From assembly GCA_004124475.1 (NCBI GenBank), contig SCKK01000008.1:8075-40074 (forward strand): 32,000 bases of DNA, written 5' to 3'. This document shows positions 9,255-18,597 of this stretch, one piece after another. A program made the translations under genes and the position numbers. The notes under the pieces were generated by a model, which saw only the letters and a list, made by a program, of their open reading frames with translations, ran no database searches and was not told where the DNA came from. Numbering within the stretch: the first letter of the stretch is position 1; every line of letters starts with the position of its first letter. This DNA is from Fidelibacterota bacterium. GTDB lineage: Bacteria > Fidelibacterota > Marinisomatia > Marinisomatales > SCKK01.

Positions 9255-12200
9255 TTAGAAAAGATAGCGGAGGCCGACCTGAATCTGCCAGCGCGAAAAG
9301 AGACCAGGGTCATCAATATATGTTTCCGCAGGTCCTGTAAAGTTGAGTTCAGGATTGCCGTTAGCGTCATATCCATTAAATCTTAGGGGTGAAGTTGCAG
9401 CAACGCTGGCAACTTTTCTTACTCCCCAATTTGAATTAAGGAGATTGGCAACATTCAGTATGTCAATACTCAACTGAATCTTATGACTCGTCTCTCCGAG
9501 TGATAACGCATAATCCTGGAGGATACGCAAATCAATGTTACTGTACCAGGGATTCACGGCGCCAAATCGTTCAGCGATCTCACCGCGATGCTCCTTCAAG
9601 TAATTGTCCTGCTCAATGAAAGCATCTAATGCTGTCCACTGTTCAGCTGCGGTAACTACATTTCCAGCTGAATTAGTAAAATCGACTAAATTGATTTCAC
9701 TTTGGTCGTTCGGAATGTAGATGAGGTCGTTGTTTGAAGGAGAACCGTCGCCGTTAATATCACCCGAATATGTAAATGAATAGCGATTCCCACCGGCTCC
9801 TGCAAATCTATTTCCTTCAGCTAATTCAAGGAACAAACCGAAGTGCGTTGTCAGTCTGTCCGACCAGCTATGACTGTAATTTCCAGCGCCTACGATTCGG
9901 TGCCGATGACCGAATTCGGAAAAGCTGAGTTCCGGCTTATTCGGATTGCCTTGAACCGGAGTCTGTTGCCACAATTCGAATGCGATTTCAGTCGATTTCA
10001 AATTACTTTTTGCCTCCGAGAAAGTATAAGATAGGCTGGTGTTAAGTCCGAAATCGAAATTCTTCCGCAGCTGCACCGTGAAGTTGAAATTGTACCCCTC
10101 GCTTGTGTTATCTATGATGTAAGCACCACTATAGGCATCGCCACTCCAAAGAGTATCTCCTCCGTCCAAAACCACAAAGGGATTCAGTATACCGCCTCCG
10201 TAAATGGGTCTGCCGTCAGGATCTGGAAGGTTTCCAACCGGAGCTGCCAAGTCGCCGTTTCTTAAATAAATCGCATTCAAATCTTTACCGTATAGAAATT
10301 CAAACGTTCCTAGAATATCCCAAGGTAGCTTCGTATCGACCGCAAAGTCTGTGGTCCAGACCTGTGGCCATTTAAAATCATCAACCATTGCATTCAGGAA
10401 GAAGCTCTGTTTCAAAACCGACCTGCCCTCATAGAGACGGCCCGAGCCGTCGTCAGTAACATGATCAGCTGGAATATCCTCTTCTGCAAGTCCTCCGTAA
10501 AACCCAAAAAGATTCGGATTTGGCCCTGGATTTGAAATATTATTTCCTATCCAGACAAATGGTAAACGTCCCGTAAAGATACCTGTACCTCCCCTCACTT
10601 GGAGCGACCGGTCTGCGTTGACATCCCAGTTGAAACCGACGCGGGGTGAAAACAAGAGACTTGCATCAGGGAGTTTACTCTGATCGACGGTCTCGGAGTC
10701 ACCATTTTCGTCCAACAGAATCATAGCTCTCGAGAATGGGTTATCAACAGGTTCCGTAAAATAAATTGGGCGATCTACACGGAGTCCGTATGTTAATTTA
10801 ATTTGTTCTGACATTTGAAATTCGTCTTGCACATAAAATGCCAGCTGACCCACCTCAATATTCTCGCCTACAAACGGACCGGAACCAACTAGCGCATTCA
10901 AGTCATAAAATTTTACGGCGCTATCTGGATTTGTTCGAGTATAGAAATTATCCACGGATGAAAATGTAGTAGCGCCAATACCATCCAGAAAATCGAAAGG
11001 AAGGAATCCCCCTGTCAGTATACCTAGATCAGCCGGTGCTAAAAATACACCGTGCCGGAATAGGTTGAATGAATTGAAGAAGTTGAATCGTTCATAGTTG
11101 ACGCCAACGGTATATACGTGCCTTCCGGAGAAATAACTGAGATTATTAGTAAACTGAAAGACATCCTGGTCTAATATGTTGTGTATCGAGAACGGTTCAT
11201 GACCCACCGTAGTATAAGTAATCCCATCTTCTCCAATCTCTATCGTTGGAAAATCCACGCTTACAGGTTTACGAAAATCGCGGAATTTATTATAGCTGAA
11301 AAAGAAGCGATTAGCAATTTTACTGCCGAACACACTGTTTAATTCCAGGGCATATGAATCTAGTTCGTTGTTGATTGTATATCCTGAATTCTGGAATGGC
11401 AAAGTGTTCTCGTTCGGTCCACGACCGGTACCTAAAAAACTGGCGGCAAATGGGTGCGGTGGCAGGTCACGAAATGCATCCAGCCTATTATATCTTAGAG
11501 TCAGGTTGTGATTATCATTGACGTTCCAATCTATCTTAAAGATTATCTTGTCGTTATCCGTACTGTGGAAATAATTTTCATATTCTCCCGTATCATAATT
11601 ATAGACGTCCTTCATGACCTTTCTAATTTCATCCATAGTTGCAGCACTGACGCGTGATTCACCAAATTCCACATTGCCATCTTGATCAGCCACAAAATTA
11701 CTGGCGGGATCCTCTCTTCTTTCTCTTTCAGCATTGAAGAAGAAAAATAGCTTATTTTGAATTATCGGCCCGCTGATAGTAAAACCTGTCTGATTGAACG
11801 ACAGGTTCGGTTTTGCAATTACTTCCTCTCCACTGACTTTATTACCGACAAAGCTTTCGTTCCTTGTATAACTATAAACCGATCCGTGAAATCGATTTGT
11901 GCCGCTCTTAGTTACCGTATTGATACCAGCACCGGTGAATCCGCCTTCACGTACGTCAAAGGGAGCAACAGAAACCTGCACTTGCTCAATGGCATCAATA
12001 GATACCGGTTCTGCGTTTGCCTGTCCACCTGGCGCGGGATCGTCTAACCCAAACGGATTGTTGAAATAGGAACCGTCGAGGGATATATTGTTATACAGCC
12101 AGTTCCTTCCACCAAAACTGAAATTGCCATCACTCCGAGGATCGAGCCGGGTGAGGTCTCGGACGCTCCTTTTGATCGATGGCATCAGCGCGACTTGCTC

Positions 12201-12638
12201 GGGCTTCACGTAAGTCGCGGCGCCCGTTCTGCCACTGTTTAAGACCTCATCCTGTTCCGCCACCACCTCGATCATTTCCATCTCAATAGCTTCTTGGACT
12301 AGTGTAAAATTGATCTTCACTCTTTGTCCTAACCGAAGTTGGATATTTTCTTCTTTCTGGGATTGGTAACCGATAAATGAGGCTGTCACTGAGTATGGGC
12401 CTCCGACTCTCATATTCAGAATATCAAAATAACCACCTTCTCTTACGGTCGTACCGTAACTGATGCCACTGGGTTCGTGCACAGCTATTACATTGGTACC
12501 GATTAGGGGCTCTCCATTTTCATCCGTTACTAGGCCGCCAATACTAGCCGTGGTCAACCCCTGTCCATATCCTGTCTGAACACCAAACAGGATTAATACA
12601 AGAGGAATTATGATTGCATTAACTTTTTGGATTTTCAC
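9255..12638 (-). CDS. TonB-dependent receptor with N-terminal carboxypeptidase regulatory-like domain (Oar-like)
   Basis: Signal peptide; 'TASIGGLVTDENGEPLIGTNVIAVHEPSGISYGTTV' CarboxypepD_reg; 'RSVRDLTRLDP', 'INTVTKSGTNRFHGSVY' plug-like motif; long beta-rich body ending in F. Confidence 0.93.
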   Translation of the reverse strand: MKIQKVNAIIIPLVLILFGVQTGYGQGLTTASIGGLVTDENGEPLIGTNVIAVHEPSGISYGTTVREGGYFDILNMRVGGPYSVTASFIGYQSQKEENIQLRLGQRVKINFTLVQEAIEMEMIEVVAEQDEVLNSGRTGAATYVKPEQVALMPSIKRSVRDLTRLDPRSDGNFSFGGRNWLYNNISLDGSYFNNPFGLDDPAPGGQANAEPVSIDAIEQVQVSVAPFDVREGGFTGAGINTVTKSGTNRFHGSVYSYTRNESFVGNKVSGEEVIAKPNLSFNQTGFTISGPIIQNKLFFFFNAERERREDPASNFVADQDGNVEFGESRVSAATMDEIRKVMKDVYNYDTGEYENYFHSTDNDKIIFKIDWNVNDNHNLTLRYNRLDAFRDLPPHPFAASFLGTGRGPNENTLPFQNSGYTINNELDSYALELNSVFGSKIANRFFFSYNKFRDFRKPVSVDFPTIEIGEDGITYTTVGHEPFSIHNILDQDVFQFTNNLSYFSGRHVYTVGVNYERFNFFNSFNLFRHGVFLAPADLGILTGGFLPFDFLDGIGATTFSSVDNFYTRTNPDSAVKFYDLNALVGSGPFVGENIEVGQLAFYVQDEFQMSEQIKLTYGLRVDRPIYFTEPVDNPFSRAMILLDENGDSETVDQSKLPDASLLFSPRVGFNWDVNADRSLQVRGGTGIFTGRLPFVWIGNNISNPGPNPNLFGFYGGLAEEDIPADHVTDDGSGRLYEGRSVLKQSFFLNAMVDDFKWPQVWTTDFAVDTKLPWDILGTFEFLYGKDLNAIYLRNGDLAAPVGNLPDPDGRPIYGGGILNPFVVLDGGDTLWSGDAYSGAYIIDNTSEGYNFNFTVQLRKNFDFGLNTSLSYTFSEAKSNLKSTEIAFELWQQTPVQGNPNKPELSFSEFGHRHRIVGAGNYSHSWSDRLTTHFGLFLELAEGNRFAGAGGNRYSFTYSGDINGDGSPSNNDLIYIPNDQSEINLVDFTNSAGNVVTAAEQWTALDAFIEQDNYLKEHRGEIAERFGAVNPWYSNIDLRILQDYALSLGETSHKIQLSIDILNVANLLNSNWGVRKVASVAATSPLRFNGYDANGNPELNFTGPAETYIDDPGLFSRWQIQVGLRYLF

Positions 12639-12903
12639 TTTTTTCTTCCCTCCTTTTAAAAGGTGTTATAAAGTCGGAATTCTAATTTCCCATATTGAAA
12701 AACTAGGAGGTAGTATAGATTAAGAAATTAAATTTCCCAACAGAAAATTTGATTGTGTATAACATTTTTAAGGCGACCAAATTTCGATTAAACTAAATCA
12801 TGGATAAATAGGTTTGGACAGTGGTTAAACTTTGCACCTATTAGCTCATGTTTTTTTCTAAACGTTGCCGTAAATTTCTAACCAAATTTCAGGAGGTGAT
12901 CCA

Positions 12904-13341
12904 ATGAAAAAGGTTCTATTAAGTGTTTTAATAACGATGGGCGTGATTGGGGCGGTTACAACCCAAGATATAGATCAAAAGGAGGAATTATCCCCATATA
13001 AAAACATATCGGTAGAGGAATTAAAATCACGGTTGGATAATAAAGAGGATTTGGTCTTATTGGATGTGCGCACACCAGGGGAGTTCGATGGTCCCCTCGG
13101 TCATTTGGAAGGAGCGATACTAATTCCTGTACAAGAGCTTGAATTCCGGATTGATGAATTGGAGGACTATCAAGAGCGAGATATAATCGTATACTGCCGA
13201 AGTGGTAACCGGAGTAGAACAGCTACTGAGTTGTTATCAGCCTACGGTTTCCAAGTGACGAACCTTGAAGGAGGTATGAAGGCGTGGAATACGATGGAAA
13301 AGCTTCCTCAAGAAAAAGAAGGTGAGAAAGTTAATCCCTGA
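12904..13341 (+). CDS. Exported rhodanese-like domain protein
   Basis: Signal peptide plus 'LVLLDVRTPGEFDG...GAILIPVQEL...IIVYCRSGNRSRTA'; active-site Cys in CRSGNRS. Confidence 0.92.
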   Translation: MKKVLLSVLITMGVIGAVTTQDIDQKEELSPYKNISVEELKSRLDNKEDLVLLDVRTPGEFDGPLGHLEGAILIPVQELEFRIDELEDYQERDIIVYCRSGNRSRTATELLSAYGFQVTNLEGGMKAWNTMEKLPQEKEGEKVNP

Positions 13342-13493
13342 TTGAGAAATAATAGGGTATTCTAGTATTCAAGTGTTTGGGTGTTTATGTGTTCAAGTGT
13401 TTGAGTGTTCGGGTGTTTATGTGAGATGGTTGTTACTGGAATTCCCCGAACCATAAACTAAAAAGAAGTAGATTTAGGAAAGGAAAGTGTCTT

Positions 13494-13712
13494 ATGCCCA
13501 TGTATGATTACTGCTGCAAGCAATGCGGAGATAAATTTGAAGAACTTATCTTTAGTCGGGATAAAGATAAGGAGATAATTTGTCCCAACTGTTCGAGTAA
13601 AGATGCAGAGCGCCTAATGAGTGCACCCGTATCTATTGGGACATCATCCCGAAGCTTCGGGACTTCTCCGGAAAAGTGCTGTCGAGTACAACGGGGAAGC
13701 AGCTTTTTGTGA
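13494..13712 (+). CDS. FmdB-family zinc ribbon protein
   Basis: 'MPMYDYCCKQCGDKFEEL...CPNCSS' CxxC...CxxC zinc ribbon. Confidence 0.85.
   Translation: MPMYDYCCKQCGDKFEELIFSRDKDKEIICPNCSSKDAERLMSAPVSIGTSSRSFGTSPEKCCRVQRGSSFL
13647..13662. repeat. Perfect 16-nt palindrome TCCCGAAGCTTCGGGA
   Basis: Sequence is its own reverse complement; embedded in the 3' part of the FmdB-like ORF. Confidence 0.9.
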
Positions 13713-14063
13713 GCATGATAACCGACATCGGTCGATGCCTCTTGTTTAAGTTGTCGCTATCTTCTTAAGAGCTTTTCTGAATCCCAACGTTTGGACATCC
13801 ACAGCATCTGGTTACTCATTCTCATAATAGGGGTGCTGGGACTTCCCCTCTGGACAAAGCAAATCTATCCAGCGCTGCTTTTTGGTGTCTGGCTGGGATG
13901 GTGGATTCTTGAGCATTGGTATCCCGTTATGGTAGTGTGATCTACAATAATGTCGCTTGTGGTGCTCTGAAATGGAGAGAAAACAGGGTTCTTTTATCTT
14001 TTATTCGATAAATTTGTTTAGATTTCCTGTTTTCTTTCAGGTTCAATCTCTTTAATTTCACTA

Positions 14064-14249
14064 GTGAAACGGAGGGAGCTTATCCGATGGCTAAGGAAAA
14101 ATGGCGCCGTTATGATTCGAGAGGGAAGAAGACATTCTTTCTGGAGAAAGGGACATCTACATACTCAGATCCCTAGGCACACAGAAATTGTTAATATGTT
14201 GGCACGAAAGATTTGCAAAGACTTGGAAATTCCATTCAAGGGGGAATAA
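14064..14249 (+). CDS. hicA: HicA-family toxin (type II toxin-antitoxin)
   Basis: 'MKRRELIRWLRKNGAVMIREGRRHSFWRKG..TQIPRHTEIVNMLARKICKDLEIP' matches the HicA pattern; GTG start. Confidence 0.88.
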   Translation: MKRRELIRWLRKNGAVMIREGRRHSFWRKGHLHTQIPRHTEIVNMLARKICKDLEIPFKGE

Positions 14250-14252
14250 AGT

Positions 14253-14444
14253 ATGAAATATAGAGCTGTTACAAAAAAAGAAGGTGATTGGTGGATCGGT
14301 TGGTTGGTAGATTTACCAGGGGTAAACGCCCAGGAGAGAACATACGAAGAATTGGTTCAATCACTCAAGATTGGTGCAGAGGATATGTTATCCCTTAAAG
14401 TTGATCTGCCGGAAGATGCACGGCTGGAAACCATTGAAGTATAA
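14253..14444 (+). CDS. hicB: HicB-family antitoxin
   Basis: 'YRAVTKKEGDWWIGWLVDLPGVNAQERTYEELVQSLKIGAEDML' and position directly after HicA. Confidence 0.87.
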   Translation: MKYRAVTKKEGDWWIGWLVDLPGVNAQERTYEELVQSLKIGAEDMLSLKVDLPEDARLETIEV

Positions 14445-14482
14445 TCGTAACTATTCAGGCGAAGGCAAAGAGTGTTGGACTA

Positions 14483-14498
14483 TCCGCCAGCTGGCGGA
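14483..14498. repeat. Perfect 16-nt palindrome TCCGCCAGCTGGCGGA
   Basis: Read directly; related hairpin at 26476-26491. Confidence 0.85.
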
Positions 14499-14770
14499 CA
14501 AAAATGCCCGTATGGCAACAATCCTTCGAATTATTGGTAAGGATTTATCCGAAGGATCCTTTGGAGAGCCTAAGAATAAAACACGCTTTTATCCACAGGA
14601 TGCTACGCATAAGATTTCACGCGGCAGTGCATATGAGATAATCAGTCATCCGTTAGCCAACGGACAGTGTTGCACTGTCATACATTAACGAAAAAACAAA
14701 GAGTATTTTGGTTGATTCTGTCCTAAGGATCTCCACAGGAGGCTGTTCCCTTTGGACAAGAAATATCATT

Positions 14771-14789
14771 CCTGCCTACCGCAGGCAGG
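14771..14789. repeat. Small hairpin repeat CCTGCCT-N5-AGGCAGG
   Basis: 7-nt perfect arms; similar GC-rich words near 4189-4243 and 22791-22826. Confidence 0.7.
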
Positions 14790-15012
14790 GAGGAGCTATC
14801 CACAGGATCCATTGGAAATGATCTTATTCATTCGTTTTCCCAAAGTGTCTCCTTGTGAAGGAGTCTTAGCCTTAGCCTTTTTCTGGCAAATAGGCTGAAC
14901 AGTTACAAATAATGTTTTGTATCGTGATCAGGAATGATTTTTTTATTAATTGAATTCAATTTTATCTCTATTTGTTACAAAATCCGTTAAAATTCGGATT
15001 TCACATTTTCTC

Positions 15013-15041
15013 TTGACATTTTCAATAGGTCACTTTACAAT
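15013..15041 (+). promoter_or_regulatory. Sigma70-like promoter for the motor-like operon
   Basis: TTGACA (15013-15018), 17-nt spacer, TACAAT (15036-15041), about 50 nt upstream of the first operon ATG. Confidence 0.6.
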
Positions 15042-15092
15042 TGGGTGACGTAAAGGGGCGTCAAATCGTTAATAATTAAATCCGAGGTAATT

Positions 15093-16196
15093 ATGAGGCG
15101 ATCCGCCAAATTTATAGTTTTTATAGTCTTTTTAATCTTTGCTGTTTCCTTGCAGGCAAAGAAGTACACCATAAGTGGTGTTGTTCTTAATTCAGAGGAG
15201 AAAAAAGTTCCTTCTGCTGAAGTGATCCTTATCGATTCTGATGGGAACGAGGTAGCTAAAGATGCCACAGGTAAAAGGTTAACGGGAAAAGGAAAGTTTA
15301 AATTTAAGAAAATCTCTTCCGGTAATTATACTCTTGAAGTATTTAAGGAAGACGTTGGTACATACTCAGAGGCAGTAACGGTTCCAGATGATGATGTGAA
15401 AATTACCGTCACATTATCAAAGAAAAAGAGAAGAGAATTGGTGGAAGAACCTGTTGAAAGAATCCCTGATGATGAGTATGTGACGACCGAACTGAGTTTT
15501 GAGATCAAGAAACTGACTGCGGAGATCGGCTACCTGGGAAGCCAGCTCAGAGATCTGCAGGCAAAGAGTGAAATGTGGACAAATCCCCTGTCCATCTACA
15601 GTAAAGAGATTATTCTGGACAATGGAACCACTATTTTTGGCAAGGTTGTCTACCAGGATGAGGAGATGCTTAAAGTAGAAACGCTTCTTGGCTACCTGGT
15701 GTTAAATCGGGAGCAGATTGTGCGGATTATTGATAATGTAATGACAGCGGAAGAACCTGAATACATTCCGGAACAGATTCGAGAAACCTATAGCCCACCC
15801 CCCATGCCCAAGCTTGCAAAACCTCGCTATACATCGGCAGCTCCCACAGAGCGACTACCGGACGTCAGTCGTTCGGCAAATATAGTTCTTGTTGGCAATG
15901 TATCTGAGACAAAGGATAGATCAAACAATATAACTTTCTCAGGAGAAGTGAAGAACATTGGTGGTCGTAGATCAGATTTTGTGAAAATGAATTTTGTTTT
16001 TCGAAAGAATTGGAGTGGTGAGACAAAAACTATTACAACATTTATCCGTGGCGCTTACCATACATTCGACACGGGCATTACTACCGATTCTTCTTTATTA
16101 CCGGGAGCGACAGGCACCTTTGAAATGGTTATCCCAGCCGATTTCGGCACATTTATCGGCTATTCATATACCATCGATTGGGAAGAATACGAGTGA
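15093..16196 (+). CDS. Exported protein with carboxypeptidase regulatory-like N-terminal domain; first gene of the motor-like operon
   Basis: Signal peptide; 'KYTISGVVLNSEEKKVPSAEVILIDSDGNEVAKDATGK...FKKISSGNYTLEVFKEDVG'; C-terminal beta-rich domain 'NITFSGEVKNIGGRRSDFVKMNFVFRK'. Confidence 0.75.
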   Translation: MRRSAKFIVFIVFLIFAVSLQAKKYTISGVVLNSEEKKVPSAEVILIDSDGNEVAKDATGKRLTGKGKFKFKKISSGNYTLEVFKEDVGTYSEAVTVPDDDVKITVTLSKKKRRELVEEPVERIPDDEYVTTELSFEIKKLTAEIGYLGSQLRDLQAKSEMWTNPLSIYSKEIILDNGTTIFGKVVYQDEEMLKVETLLGYLVLNREQIVRIIDNVMTAEEPEYIPEQIRETYSPPPMPKLAKPRYTSAAPTERLPDVSRSANIVLVGNVSETKDRSNNITFSGEVKNIGGRRSDFVKMNFVFRKNWSGETKTITTFIRGAYHTFDTGITTDSSLLPGATGTFEMVIPADFGTFIGYSYTIDWEEYE

Positions 16197-17224
16197 AGAT
16201 TGGAACCGTAAAACAGAAACCGGTTTTTAGTTTACTCATACCGATTTTGTTTTTTTCAAACCTGCCAGCTCAGGAGTCTTTCACCGAAGACGCCTTTTTT
16301 CTTGACCTGGGTATCGTCATCGAGCTGGGCACAGGAAAAGAAGAAATCAATCGCCTCATAAAAGCGCCTTCAGAGCAGGTGAAGTTCTTTCTCGATAAAG
16401 AGCCCAGTGGCTCTGTGTTTATGGCTTCAACAAAGGAGCTTCAACTGACACTTGAACGGATCACAAAAAGAATGGAAAGCCTTGAGAGTTCTATATATTC
16501 TTTAGAGGGATTCTTTGAGAAAGAAGTGAACACACTAAAAAGCGAGAACAGCCACCTTAGAGAAATGATATCTGATTTACTGGCGCAAGAACCAGTGGTA
16601 CCACCGGCATTGGAGAAGTTGGTTGTCAGAATAGAAGAGGTGGTTTCAGATGTGGAACAGTTAAAAAATATATCCTCTGGTGAAACTAATATGTTGTTTG
16701 TCACTGGAATTGCACCTATTGAAAAACCGAAAGTTATTGAAACAGAAATGAGTAGTGAATACGTGAATAGACAATCATCTGGTATTAAGGATAAAACAGA
16801 AGATCTGGTAGAATCAGACCAGAACACTCGGGAAGAACAGAAAAGTTTTAGTAAGTTAACTTATATGGCGGCTGTATTCGCTTATCAGCGGGATGATTAT
16901 CAAAGTGCTTTAAGACAGTTTCGAAATTTATCGCTGATGGATACGGAAGACCTCACTGCAGGAAATGTACTTTACTGGATGGCGGATTGTTATTTTCAGC
17001 TTGGAGAATATGATGAAGCTCTGAGTACACTGGAGAGAATAAAGGAATTTTCAAAGTCCGACAGGCTTGATGATGCTTTGGTTTTGAGCGGCCTGTCATA
17101 TCGCCGTATGGGTAAAGAATCGCGAGCGGTCTCTGCATTTAGTGATGTGGTGAATAACTATCCGGAAAGTGAATATTACAGATTGGCTCAGATGGAGCTA
17201 AAAAAATCAGAGAAGCGACCATGA
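16193..17224 (+). CDS. Secreted coiled-coil plus TPR protein (YbgF/CpoB- or BamD-like repeats)
   Basis: Start GTG overlaps the previous stop (GTGA); signal peptide; helical coiled-coil region; TPRs 'YFQLGEYDEALSTLERI', 'ALVLSGLSYRRMGKESRAVSAFSDVVNNYPESEYYRLAQ'. Confidence 0.75.
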   Translation: MKIGTVKQKPVFSLLIPILFFSNLPAQESFTEDAFFLDLGIVIELGTGKEEINRLIKAPSEQVKFFLDKEPSGSVFMASTKELQLTLERITKRMESLESSIYSLEGFFEKEVNTLKSENSHLREMISDLLAQEPVVPPALEKLVVRIEEVVSDVEQLKNISSGETNMLFVTGIAPIEKPKVIETEMSSEYVNRQSSGIKDKTEDLVESDQNTREEQKSFSKLTYMAAVFAYQRDDYQSALRQFRNLSLMDTEDLTAGNVLYWMADCYFQLGEYDEALSTLERIKEFSKSDRLDDALVLSGLSYRRMGKESRAVSAFSDVVNNYPESEYYRLAQMELKKSEKRP

Positions 17225-18588
17225 TTAATAAATACGGAAAAATTGTTCTTCTGGGATTGGCATTCGGGATGATGTTCCCACTTTTGGGGGTAACACGTGT
17301 GGCTAATATGTATCCAGGTTCAATGATAAAAATTCCAACCAGCAGCGCAGTCAGATCTCCATACCTTTTCAGCACCGGTTTTGCCACGGAAATTCATAGG
17401 TTTTCAGATCCTTTTAACACAGCTAGAGGCTTTTATTTTTCCATGGATTTGACCAACCGGTTTACTATGGGTTTTTCATCTGTACAGAGCGCTGATACCA
17501 CCGCTTTAGAAAATATTCTGACATCAACTCTCAGACCACCCATAGAGTTTGGTTTTCATATACAATATCGGGCATATGTTTATAATGACATTGCTTTCTC
17601 TGTGGGTATTCATGATATTGTTTTTAAAGATGACCCTACAAACGGTTTAAACTTAAATCCCAGGGATTTTTCTACTTTTCTGTCTATTGGCAGTGAGAAA
17701 ATTTTAGGGGAATATGGCCTTAGCACTTATATGGGTTTTGGCACAGGTGGTTTCAGTGCTCCGGATACTTCCTCTGTAGTAGTTGATACGGTTACAACAG
17801 GATCGAATTCAGGGATATTTGCTGGGTTTCTTCTTAAAACGCCATTCCTGCCCAAATGGGGCGGACTTGACTTTGTGGGTGAATTCGATGGTTCAGGCAT
17901 CAATGTGGGACTCCGCATCCCCCTTACCTCGGATTATCGCTTGACAGTAGGATTCACCCACTTAGAAAATTTACCTGCCTTTTCGGATGAACCTTATGGA
18001 CCTACTCACCCGGGGTTGATCATTGGTTTGGATATGTCGGTTCCGAGAGGGCCCAAAAGGGTTCCGGGTATACCCACTCCTGGTATTGTAAGGGGACCAT
18101 TACCCGCTCCTGAAATGGCGATGATGGATTCAGCCATGTTAGCAGCGGATTTCGCTGTGGCTGCACTCCGAGATTCAATCAGGATTAACCAGCTTGAGAT
18201 GAGAAATTTGATGACACAGGTAGCCAGTGTGCAGCATAAAGCATTTGTACTTGAAAATTCCGTGAAAGCCCTGAGTCTCGAAAAAGCCGTCGCACAGAGA
18301 AATATGAATCGTGCTATGCGCCATCTGTCAAGATCGCTCCGTTATTTTTATTCCGGAGACTATCGTGAGGCTCTGCAGGAGGTGGAGACTTCACTCGATC
18401 TGAATCCCAACCTGGCGCTTGCCTATGCCCGGAGAGGATCCATCTATTACAAGCTTGGAGATGTACAGCGGGCAACCATTAATTGGAATCTGGCATTGCA
18501 GATGGATCCGGAGTATGATGATGTGAGAAATATTTTAAAGGCGTTACATGAAAATCGCTTAAAAACAACCAGTTTTCGCAGGGAGTAA
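17221..18588 (+). CDS. Outer-membrane beta-barrel-like protein with C-terminal TPR domain
   Basis: Start overlaps previous stop (ATGA); signal peptide, alternating-strand body; C-terminal 'YSGDYREALQEVETSLDLNPNLALAYARRGSIYYKLGDVQRATINWNLALQMDPEY'. Confidence 0.72.
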   Translation: MINKYGKIVLLGLAFGMMFPLLGVTRVANMYPGSMIKIPTSSAVRSPYLFSTGFATEIHRFSDPFNTARGFYFSMDLTNRFTMGFSSVQSADTTALENILTSTLRPPIEFGFHIQYRAYVYNDIAFSVGIHDIVFKDDPTNGLNLNPRDFSTFLSIGSEKILGEYGLSTYMGFGTGGFSAPDTSSVVVDTVTTGSNSGIFAGFLLKTPFLPKWGGLDFVGEFDGSGINVGLRIPLTSDYRLTVGFTHLENLPAFSDEPYGPTHPGLIIGLDMSVPRGPKRVPGIPTPGIVRGPLPAPEMAMMDSAMLAADFAVAALRDSIRINQLEMRNLMTQVASVQHKAFVLENSVKALSLEKAVAQRNMNRAMRHLSRSLRYFYSGDYREALQEVETSLDLNPNLALAYARRGSIYYKLGDVQRATINWNLALQMDPEYDDVRNILKALHENRLKTTSFRRE

Positions 18589-18597
18589 AGGAGAGAT

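Noticed and set aside
14371-14688. 105-aa ORF overlapping hicB
   Set aside because: Sequence is non-protein-like after hicB, runs through palindromic repeat DNA, and overlaps the recognizable antitoxin.
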